Shown one piece after another: positions 34,301 to 46,300 of a DNA stretch of 64,000 nucleotides. Source of the DNA: Hydrolagus colliei (taxonomy: Eukaryota). Under the pieces are notes generated by a model, which searched no databases, had not been told where the DNA came from, and was given only the letters and a program-made list of their open reading frames with translations. The translations under genes and the position numbers were made by a program. Position 1 is the stretch's first letter. The number at the start of each line of letters is the position of its first letter. The stretch lies in the NCBI GenBank assembly GCA_035084275.1, contig CM068750.1, forward strand, positions 13,888,001 through 13,952,000. Reading direction: 5' to 3'.

Positions 34301-37300
34301 TGATGTATTGCAGAGGCAGCAATCTAATTTCCTTCACAAATCAGGTCAAAATCCCGAATATGTCACTAACTTTTAATGCCCTTAATATTTCAGGACAAGC
34401 GGACTTAAATGTGTGAAAAGTGCTACATGAATTAAATTGGTGGTTATTGTTGTTGCTAAAGGCTGATTCATATTGATATTTTTGATGAATAGGCATTCAG
34501 CCAAAGCTTCATTCAGTGTCATAAAGATGTTCATGCATTAGCCATTCAAATTTCAAATGGCAAATTCGGAAATGAAGCAAAATAAAGCCCCACCACCACC
34601 AGTTAGCTCTAAAGAAATAAAACTAGCTTGTGCTCTATTCCATTTTTTAAATTCCATCTTTGGATAAAGTAATTTGCAATTATCTGCAACAGAATTATTT
34701 GAAAGATTGCACTCCATTTTAATGGTGTAGCTTAAGACGGGAGAATAGAGAGGGATTCAGAAGGATTATGATTGTTTTGTAACACAGAGAATGTGGAATG
34801 TCTTTCCACAGTTTACTGTTTAGGGAGTTGAGGTCTGTAACTGTAGTTCAAAGGGAATTTGATAATGATGGGTACTGGTATGGGAATGAACAGGGCTTAT
34901 CGTTCCAGCAAGGAGTTAGTACCAGCAGAGACACTGTTGGTCAAATGACCATCTCTTTGTTGCACTTTTTCAATGGGAACAAAAACAAAATCTGTGTCCC
35001 ATTTACATCCGCGCAAGCTGATAATTTTATTATTTGTTAATCCAACATTGGACATCTTGACTACTATTAAATGCATTAATAAAATTATAATAGGCCTTGT
35101 GTTTGATTTAACCCACAATGTCGAGAATATCACAAAGCTCTTCGTAAAGATTTTGTATAATGCGGAAGTTATATTTGAAGGCGAACTCGGCAGTCGAATG
35201 TCTTATGCACAGTCATGAAGTATATTTTACATGGAGGATTGTTGTCCAAGACAATAGGAGAAACTCCAAGCTCTTCCAAATAGTGCCATGGAATCTTTAA
35301 CATCCACCTGTCTAGGCAGACAGGTATATCACGTATGAAGGACTGCATTTCCCTCAGTGCAGCACTAAGAGTGTTAGCCTTGACTGTTAGCTCAAAGTCC
35401 CAATGTGAGGCTTAAACACACAACCTTCCAACTCAGAGGCAAGAGTACTACTCACTGAGGCAGGCTGACACCTCAACTACATTGATGCATTGGCATAAGA
35501 ACGAGCGTTTATTAACAATCTTCCCCTGCACTTTACCTCCAGTTTATCAAAACTAAGCACACGCTTACCTGCTTGGTATGATTGTTCAGAAAGAAGTCCT
35601 AAAGGCAGGCCGAAGGCAAGGAGGATAACGGTAGCAACAGTTAATAGCAATAAAAACTGCAGTTCAGCAATCGTTGCAAGAAGGAAAATAAAATGGCAAA
35701 CAGAGCACAATTACACAGGCAAGGCATCATCAAAAAGAAAATGCAATTGGACATGCAGGAGTAACTAGCTAGAATGTCATCTGCAAACGTTACTCCATTC
35801 ACCAGCTCAGTGACTCAGAAGCTAAGGCGTGGCAGAGATGATTTAACTGTTGGGAGTGCTTTGGTCGAATGTTGCATTTCTCTCTTGAGTTGCAGGCAAG
35901 TTTACTTTAGAATCCATTTCTTTTTGTATTTGGGTGAGCAGTTTAAAGATCTTATTTTTACATGGTTACATAAAACCAAAATGCTTCCAACTGCAAGTGA
36001 TGTATAATTTTCTGTAAACAATTTGTGCTGGTGAAGGGGTTAAATCATTTAGATATCTCGACTATTGAGCAGTGACCACTTTACAGTAAATGATGCAACA
36101 GGCAAAGACATGCAAATCATCAGTTTTAACATTAAAAAAAGCCATTTCACAATTTCCGCAGCATCAATGCATTGTGTGATATATATTTTTTTAAAACAGG
36201 CAATTAAAGCAAAATCGGATGGTTTGGTTTCCCAATCCAAAGCGGAAGAAAATAGCGCAAACACAGGTTTAAAACAAATGAATTAAGCGAATGCACTGAC
36301 TGCTGACTTTACCCTTAGCTTTGTGTTCTCCAAACGTTACATAGCATTAGCATTATCGTTACATTATGCTGTTGTGATATATAGCACACTGAAAATGTAC
36401 TGGACAATGGACTACGTATACACATGATAAACACGACCGTCACTGCTGAACTATTGTGCTTAATGGAAACTCACATTGCACCTCTCACTCAGATATTCAT
36501 TCTGTGTGGAGAAGCATCATAAAGGGGAATTCCATAGAAATCATACCAGGGGAAACGTAAAATGTATTGGACGCAAAAGTTGCACATAAAATATCAACCC
36601 AACTCCTTCTTCTAGATACTGATCGAGCTGCCCATTCTCTCACTTTACTCTCCAATTTCTGTTACCTGTTGCCTTTGGTAAGCAGAGAATGTCTTCTCGA
36701 TCTCTTCCAAGTCAAGCACTTTGAAAACCTTGGTGTCGTCAATTTCCTCCCAGACCGTCTCCCCTAGTTTGTTCTGTAAAAGCGAGAAGAGGTTCACTAT
36801 CATGCTGTGCAAAGCACACATTAAACAAATGCATAGTTTTGTCACTGCAATTTGCTGTTTATCCTGTGAGTTATAAAAGGATTCAACAAGGTTAGAATGA
36901 ATAGGCTGTTCACCCTTTGTTTCTGTATATGACCAGTGTAAGATAATCTGTGTAAATCTACGTAAATGCTATAAAATATCCCCCCAACATGGAAAGCTCT
37001 ACAGCTAATATAAGGATTATATACATTATATAACATTTATATTCAAAGCTATATATATACATTATATATATATATATAAGCTATATATATACATTATATA
37101 ACATTTATATTCAAAGCTGCTGAAACTGAGTAGATGACCTGAACTCAGCTTCTTATCGTGCAGCTGATTCCAAATCTGCTGGAACAGCCAGAATCCCTCC
37201 ACTGCGTGCGTGATGATCCAATATTGGGAAAGTGGCCAATAGGTTACTGGAATAGAAGCTGTTGACTGTAATTCAGTCCCTTTTCTTACTTCGACTTTGC

Positions 37301-40300
37301 TAAAGATAATGAATTACAAAGAAATTTTGTATTACAAAGGGACTGATTTACAGTCAACAGTGAGCAAATACAACAACTTGGATTTATATAGTGCCCTCCA
37401 TGCCAGATGCTGTCCCAGAGCAAATAGCTAACACCAGCTCCGAAAAGAGCACAGACCCAAATGTTATCTAGTCATTGTAATCCCCCCAAATTATAATTTG
37501 GTCATTCAATCCACAACTGTTTGTGGGACATTGCTGTGTGCAATCGGCTGCCGCATTTCTCCCGCAAAATACAGTTGATGCACTTTACAGTATATTCTGT
37601 GAAGCGCTTTGAGGCATCTCAACATTGTGATAAATCGTTATATCGAATGCAAGGATTCTTATTCATTGCTCCCAGTGCTGTGTGTAACCATGTTATCACT
37701 AACCTCAGGTAACTTGGCCCAGTTGAAGGATTTGACAGGATTTGCTGGTTGTGGGATATTTTTCCTCTTCTGTCCCGAGCTCATGGGGCCACCTGGAGGT
37801 GGGGGCATACCCCCAAGGGGGGGTGGGCCGGGAGGTGGTGGAGGGCCGCCGGGCGGGGGAGGAGGGGGAGGGATACCGCAGATCGGAGGCGCTACAGGGA
37901 TCCCTCCTGAGAGAGGTGGGGGGGTTGGAATGGGACCACCAGGGGCTCCCGGGGGGGGAGGTGGGCCTCCTGGACCTCCAGAATAGGCTGCTCTCTAGAA
38001 AGGAGAAAGATATCTGGTAAAGGACACGACATTATATACAAGAGGGCTCAATCGCATTCACAAAAACACACAAAAAAAATTATTATTGAATGCTCACCCC
38101 GCCCCTCTATTCTCAAGCAAAATAGCACTGCTTAAAATCTCTATGTGGGGTTTTTTAACCGAAAAGCTTATTGAAATTGAAATAATACATTTTTTTCCCC
38201 CCTAAGACAGTCGGGTCATTTGAAAGACATTAGAAATTAACTGAAGCATTAAAGAGAATATGGTAATTAATGTCATGCACCCATCTACCCTGTCAATACG
38301 CACAGTGCTTAGATCCTGGATCTGGGTCATCAGATCTGCCGATTGCTTTTTGGCTGCTTTGTGCTCCTGAGTTTCTTTTTCCAGTTTTTCTTTCATCTTG
38401 TTCAGCGTCTGCATCATCTCTTCCTTCTCCTGGGTCTTGGCCTCACATTCGCGCTCCTTCTTCTCCAGCTTCTGCTGCAGCTCAGTGTGTTCTGTCAACC
38501 AGACGCCGGGCAGTGAGATCTCAGATCATTGAGCCCAAGCCCGGACCCTCACATCAACCCCCGATTACTGTTCAGTTTTTAAGAACTAAAAGGAGATTAA
38601 ATTGCGATATTTCTCAATGTGATTTCTTATTTCACCAATTATGTTTGTGGCACCGGGCGACAGGAATGCTGATCAACTGGCTGCATTTTGAGTGAAGGTC
38701 CCTTGGCTTTGGACTCTGCTTGAGTTGCCAGGAGGGCCCGGTCGAAAATTGGGTTAATCACATATAGAAACCCTGCAAAATTTAACCCACAGCACTTCCA
38801 GCTTCACATTAGTTCCTCAGCTTTGCTGAATGAACCTTTTATTAAATAGAGCATTAAAACACTCAGTAGTTAGTCATGCAGCAAAGTTAGAAACAATCTC
38901 AATTTCAGCACCCAGTAAAACTGGAGTCACACCTTTTCTCGTTTTTTCCGCTTGTTCCTTCCACCGTTTGACTTCATTTTCGTTAACCAGCCTGTTTATC
39001 AAATTTAACAAAACAGAAACAATTTGGTTTAAGGGATGCTTCACATAGGTTTTGGTTTTAAAAAAAAGTGTGTATATTTTCGGAATGGAAATTAGAAAAA
39101 TGCTGAAGAGTCTTACATTCGAACCACTTTCTTCACATCAAAGTTTTCCAATGGGGCCACGTCAGGATCTTGCCCCTTATCGTTCTGTAAAACTATTTGC
39201 TGCACTATTCGGTCCAAGAGTAACCAATACTGGACAGTGTTCCCACTTCGCTTATCTGGAATAGAAGAACAGCAACAGCGAGGGTTCAAGTGGACTAATG
39301 CCAAGAAACTAACCAGTACTCTCAGCTTGTTCTACAAAATCCAAATGGACTGGTTACGCTGACACTGAACATCACCAGTCATGTGGATTCTTTCTGTGTC
39401 ATTGCAAACTCCACAGTCCAACACGGATTTAGAGCACCGACAACAGCACAATATTAAATCAATTCTCAAAGCAGAAAAGGCTTTTGGAAACTTCCTTTTT
39501 CATTCAAATAAGCAAAATCATTCATGGGTTTGAAAACCTCCATTAGATTCCCCTGCTCCCCACTCACATCCCACTAGCAAGTTAAAACCTAGCTCTACAC
39601 AAAATCATAATCTCTCATCCTAGTGTCATTGAACTGACCCTCCACTGCTGATATTATCCATGAAATCCAATGAATAATCCAGAGTTAAACTAAATCAAAC
39701 CTAATGTCGAAAATTGCAAACGATATTCTCTATCTGGACTGGTATATGACCTTCTGAGTTTTCCCAGCTCTCTGTTTTTGTTTGTGACCTTCTTTCCTTC
39801 CAGTTCAGATCGACGCACACGAGCTAAGCAAGAGCTCGGTACTCACAAGGCATCTGGAGACAGTGGTGAAGAACGGACATAAAGTGCGGGTAGGCCTCAG
39901 TGTGGCTGATTTTCTTCCTGACCAGTTCAAACACTTGGGTGGCACTTCTCGTGTCAATGTGGACCTGCAGTAAGAGACACAAGTTACCCCAAAACAATTA
40001 AATAGCACCCATCAGGTTGGAGGATGTCTCAAAAGTGCTGGCGATGTGGTTAGAGTGGGGTTAGGGATTATCTGGCTTTCTGTGACTGAATCCCATCAGA
40101 AAGATGGGTTTTAAGACAGCAAGGGAGAGCAAAGTAGGCAGACTCTGAGAGGCAGTTCCAGAGACAGCAAGAGAGAGAGAGAGGTTGGGGAGGGGGAGTG
40201 GGGAAGATGTGGAGGGAATGGCTGAAAGCTTGCAGAGGTGTGAAGCAGCACAGTGCTTGGTTTAACAAATAGAGCCGCCAGGGCAGTTGGATCAGAGACA

Positions 40301-43300
40301 GGGTGGGAACCCAGTGTGATAACACATTGCACTTGGAACCTTTTCTACATTCACAGAATAGGTGCTGAACTACTCACCATATCAAACCTCTTGGCCAGCT
40401 CCACTTCATCTTCATTCCTCAGCATCTCAAAGAAATCTAAATGCCTAAGAAAAATACATTAAAAAAACAAGGTTCGATATAAAAATGACACATTGAGAAG
40501 GTCGTCAATAAATCAAACCAGATGTGCAGCACCTGTACTCACCGGTCCAAAGTTGCATTTTCATGTTCGCGTAATTTGTCAATAACGGGTTGAATTCCTA
40601 ACATCAAAAACTCATATCTGAGATGTACTCGGAAATCAAGACTTTCCTATAAAGCAAGACAAATGTAGCTGTAACACAACCTCCCTCTGGGGCCTAAAGA
40701 TATAGAATCTCAAATGGAATGTGTGCTGGATTTATTAATGGATTTCCTACCTCTCCTGACCCTTGACTTAGGACAGCATTAATAAAGGACATCACGGCAG
40801 TTTTAAGGTTCACCTCATCTTTGTATCGTCCCGTGCTTTTGTCCAGGTCATTGACTAGCGTCTGACAAGAGAGGGCGGGGGGGGGGGGGAAAAGGGACCA
40901 AACAGTAATTAAACAGGAAAATTTCAAGGACTCACCATGTCACTCAGCATGTCACTAGTTGGTGAAAAATGCAACAACGAAAACCACTTGAATTGATATG
41001 CACAGTGTTGGAAGAGGCAAAGGATGGAGTTCCACAGGGTGGGAGCAGAAAGTTGAGCATTTTGTTTCCGTTCCCTTTTAAATTTATGTAGATATTAGGA
41101 CCAGATGACCAACTTGTAACAGCTTTACCCTGTAGTTGGCACCTGGGCCTTTCTTGTCCTTCAAATTTAACTCTGTTCTCATCCGAAACAAATTTTCAAA
41201 ACCAAATTTTTTTTTGCTGGTTACTCTTGATCCGACATCGAGAAGGAACCAGATGATTTAAGAATTATTTTAAGCCCTTCAGCGTTTGGGGACTTAATGG
41301 GCAATATTACAGTATTAAAGCTAATGCTGCTGCGTGGAGGTTCATTGTTGGTCATTGTTAGCCTTTGTCTTAGCACCACAGGTAGCAGTAAAGCCCATAA
41401 CCTGAAAACAGTTCTGTCCCTGGGGCAGTCTGGAGGTTAAAATGGTAAGCGGAAGGCAATTATTTTCATTGGATCAGAGACTTAACAACAAAGAGGCAAG
41501 AGATAGCATTAAATAGATTGAGATTTTCAAGGACAAGGGACCCAGGGGAAACAGGTGGGAGCTGCGAGGCTGCCAAGTATTATCCTGTTTGTATTTTATA
41601 AGGGGGGCAAATTAATCAGCAAGTTAATTAAAATAGGAATACAGAAATAAAATGTTGTGCAGGAAGGCTCAAGTCGGAAATTACATTTGTATAGCGTCTT
41701 TCATGTCAGGAGGATGTCTCTAGGCCCTAGACAGTGAAGGATTTGGGCTTGAGATGGAGATTGGGATCAGGAGGGGTGGAAGGCAGGGAAGGTGGAGGCA
41801 GAAGGGTGACCAGAGGTGCGGTCAAAAAGGAAGGTCTTGAGATGGGTCTTGAAGGGGAGGCGAGGGAATGAGATAGGTGAAGGGTCTGCGGGATGGATTT
41901 CCAATGGGGTATGTCAATTTTGCATTTGCTTAATGCCATTTGGCAACATTTGCACAGTGCTGTGACTGACCGCACCATACCTGGAAGCGTGTCCTTTCAC
42001 TTGCGTATTTCTGATAGTGCAGCATTGCCTCCAGGACCTTCTTGTGACCCCCAGGCACCAAACAAACGGCCCCCAAAATTTCCAATACCGCGACTTTAGT
42101 CTTTATGTTTTCCGTGGTCAAACTCTGAGCTATTACGTTGATGCTCTCGACGTGAGCCAAAACGTGGGCCCTGCCCTGAGAGTTGTTCATTAATGCTTTA
42201 ATGCAGCCTATAAGAGAGGTATGTATTCGAGATTCTGAGGTTTCATAGTCCATACTTGTCAAAAAATTCAGAATGCATGTTAACCCATCCAAGTCAATGA
42301 ATCTGGTGACAAACCTGTGGAATGAACAAACACAGCAGTTAATGAGAAGAGAGTCAAATAATTCACTCTATCACAGAAAGAACAGCACAGCAGGAAATCA
42401 TTCAGTCCATCTAGCCTATACTGATGCTAGCTTTTCCAATGGAATCAACTATTCTAATCTAATTGCAATTCCCTGCTCCATTGAAACAATCAAGCAAGTA
42501 TGTTCCGAGACTATTTCAAGTACGTCCGAGGTGAGTGATATAATCAATTTTAAACGACTTCTTCAAAACACTATTTGACAAAACTCAAAATCTGTCAGGT
42601 GGCTAAGCAATCCCGCAAGCAAAAGCCCTAATGGGTAGGATGATTCTATCTGGACCAGCAATGGGAAACATGCCAAATAGTGCTTTCAATAGCAAGCTAT
42701 GCAGTTTTAGCTGGTTAGACTCCAGCAGTTACCCAGTGCACACTGTTCGTCCCCAAACCTTGGCGCTTACCAACCTATGCCCAACACTGCAGAAGTAGGT
42801 AAGGAGGACACATCCATCCAGAGAGAGAGTGTGCATTCCATTCCAAACATGGGAATTTCCATGTGTAGGAGACAGGCATGGAACTCTCAATTAGGTTGGA
42901 AACTCTTAAGCATGGTGATGGGTTTCCGCGTGCATCAGACACTGACCAAGAAAAAAAGAGCTTCAGAGCTGGCAGGGAAGATGTTGACCAATACATTTTT
43001 CATACCTCATGAAGCAGACTCATCAGATTGCAATAAATTAAATCAGAATCTTAGATAAAACCTTTTAAATACAGTAAAACCATAATAATTTGGCACAGTT
43101 GGGCCCACACACTATTTAGAAACCTATTTAGAAATAGCTGGGGAAGCCCTCCCCCACACACCAAGCCAAAAAATGTGCGAGCTTCACCCACAGCGCCGGA
43201 TGGCAGAGTAGACACGCTGGGAACTGCAAGTAGCTGTTCCGAACTTCGGGAGATTTGCTAGACATCGGAAAAAATCTAATCCTGTTATATTTTGAAATCT

Positions 43301-46300
43301 TGCCGATTTTAGGGAGTTGCCAGTTTTCGGAATGTCAGATTATCGAGGCTTTACTGTACTATTTGATAAAGGGAGTTGAGAAAGTAATTCTAAGCTCGGA
43401 AAGCAAGTCGCAGTTAACTCTAACTCCGAAACTGAGTGTATTCTCGGTGGGACAGTTGATAATATGAAACGATCAAAGAGAGATAGATTGCCTCATAGGT
43501 TGTGTTCTTAGTGCTGTCTTCAAACTCTCAATGGTCTTATTTCTTTCTTCCTCGTCTTCTTTCTCCAAAGCCAAGAGAGATTTCCTCTAAAATGGGAGAA
43601 CAAAAATACATCCATCCACATCTCTTACACAAAGTCAGAAAGTAACAAGCGGATGTCACAGTACATTCAATATAATTGAGCTATATAGGTTATTTTATTC
43701 TCACTGTTATCCTCACTTCATCCTTCAGTATCTGCTCCAATTTAGCAAGGCACATATTCAGCAGGCTCGTCTCCATTTCCCATGCGAAATCTCCATTTCA
43801 CATGAGAAATATAGGCCACCCAGTTTTCAGGTGCTCCAATTTAGCACAGGGTCACTTATAGTCAATGCAGGTGATGTCAGTGTGGCTTCCTGTGCATAGC
43901 GTACAACAATGCAGGAAGTACATCAGTAGCATCCGATAACCCAGAAACCAACAGCAGGTCTACAGGGCACCTGCCTTATATACAAATAAGGGTTGTTAAG
44001 CAAGTATCTTATAACACGATGGCAGTATTCCTTGCAGATCAGATGGTAACAGGTTCAACACCCATCTCACATTGGGTGGGTGGGTATGGGTGTAGGGTGG
44101 TGATAAATGGCTTCGGTGCCACTATGCTAACAAGGGGTGGGGAGTGAGAAACAATAGGAACATTGCTCCTGATCATTATAAGCGGCTTCTAATGGTGTTT
44201 GCAGACTGGGCTCTACAATAGAATAGACCCCCACTCGGACTTGCATGTGCTGTCCAGACTCTTGATAATGATAAATGGACACTTGGATAAGCAACTGGAG
44301 GGCCTCAAGCATTTGTGGAGTCAGCTCAGTGGCATTCAGAGGAGGTGGTGGGGGAGAGAGGAAAGCAATCCTACACATGTATGCCTACTCATTAGAAGCT
44401 AAATTGTAAAAGCACCCATTCACCCCCCTTTCACTCTCTGCTCCCCCATCCACACACAATGCAACACTAAAAACATTAATCCACTTGGGTGCTGCTGCTA
44501 ATGCAGTCGTTCACCAATTGGCAATGAATTTTGACAGCTGTCACTGCAAGAGTGCAGAGCACATACTACCTAAAGGCTCATCTGTACGATGATGTTATCG
44601 CCTCACCAGCAGCAGTCAAATACAATTGTGTCAAACGCAATCCAATTCCCAATGCAAATCGCACAGCTTCCACCCGAGCATACTGGGTTATTCTGGTGGT
44701 GAAATAACAGGGGTAATTCTGTCACCACCCGAGCTCATTCCCCTCAAGTCAAAAGGAATCCTCTCGACTGGGGTACAAACTTGGGTGTTAGTGTAACTAC
44801 CCCTGGGAGACTTGTACTTTCTCCAAAGTGTGAAAAACCAACAATATTTAAGCTGCGATTGTGTAGACAGAAAAGCTTGCATGTTGTTACATTGGATTCT
44901 GCCTTCTCTCTTCCCTTCAGGCTAATGACTGCAACCTCTCCCTGGTTTTAACCTTACAATGTCACTACACGAACATTTCTTGCAAACAAGCTCTCTGCCT
45001 GCTTCGCTATGCTGGGGAGCAAGTAAGGGGTGGTTGAAAGACGGATCATGTTTCTGATTATTACAGTGGCCTCTGATGGACATCGGGGGCCATACTCAGC
45101 TTGGTCTCTATAGTGAAATAATCCCCACCCCCAACACTCTCTGTCCAAGTTCACATATGAATAATAGTTTATTTTCCAATTCTTAATTCATCTGTTTCAA
45201 TTGCTTAGTCACAAATAGGGGCCCAGCAACAGACACACAAAATTATTTTGGGTGACTCAGGCAAGTTTTATATCTATCAGATGTATTGAGGATAAATATT
45301 TCCAATTATTCAAGGCTGTGTCAGGAATCGTACAGAGGACTTGCAGCCCTTAAAATAATGTAGTTTCCGAACAAGAAAAGGATCTTAAGCACTTAACACT
45401 ATTAGTATCAAGACAGGGATGCAACAATGAGATTAACCCCAGGGTCAGGGCAGCTTTGAGTAATTGGAAGAATGAAAGTAGATTTGTGAAGTGCTGAAAC
45501 CGAGCGTTCGCATTTGTATTTATAGACTGAACTCTTTGTTAGTGATACATTTTGTTCCACTTTTGCATTTTATATTGTGAAAATGGATCAGATCACTGTA
45601 TTTTGCCACGTTTAGCCAGCTTCATCTCACTTAGTGAAGATATTCTAATGATAGACTCACTAACATTACAGGATAGGAGGCAGATCGAGGCCAGGCAGGT
45701 GTTAGCTCTTCCTTTGGGGCAATGCTCTAATACCCAATTCCCTGCTCACTGCCAGTATCCTTTAAATTGTTCATCTTCTAATTCTTAACCTATTCCCTTT
45801 CAATTGTTATGGTTTTATCTTAAAAACCCATTTCAGGAACGTTTTCCATGCCCTAACCCATTGCACCAATAAAAGGCTTCTAATCTCTCCCTGATCTAAC
45901 AAACTTGTCCCTTTTGACCAATTGCACAACCAGTGGGAAAAATCTTTCCCCGTTTATCCTCTCAAACCCCTTTAGAATTTTGAAGACTTTTTATTAGATT
46001 CCCTCTTAATCTTCTCTGCTTCAGTGAAAACAGGCCTACGTTTTCATGCCTGCCTTGCTAGGTATGAAATCCCCTGAGATGCTACCCTGAGTGAGAGGGC
46101 TTTATAAATGCATGTTGTTGTTGTTACTATAACTCCCCTCATCCATGTTATCTTTGTGAATGTACTCTGCACCCGCTGCCATTTCTGATGTCCTTTCTAT
46201 ATTGGGGAATCAAGAACTGCATACGATATCTCAAATAAGCCCCAACTCAATTCTCCCCTCACCGGATATTAAATCCATAAGTACACAGAAAAAGAAAAAA

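Noticed and set aside
37609-37986. Gly-rich 125-aa plus-strand ORF
   Set aside because: It is the antisense shadow of the polyproline FH1 exon.
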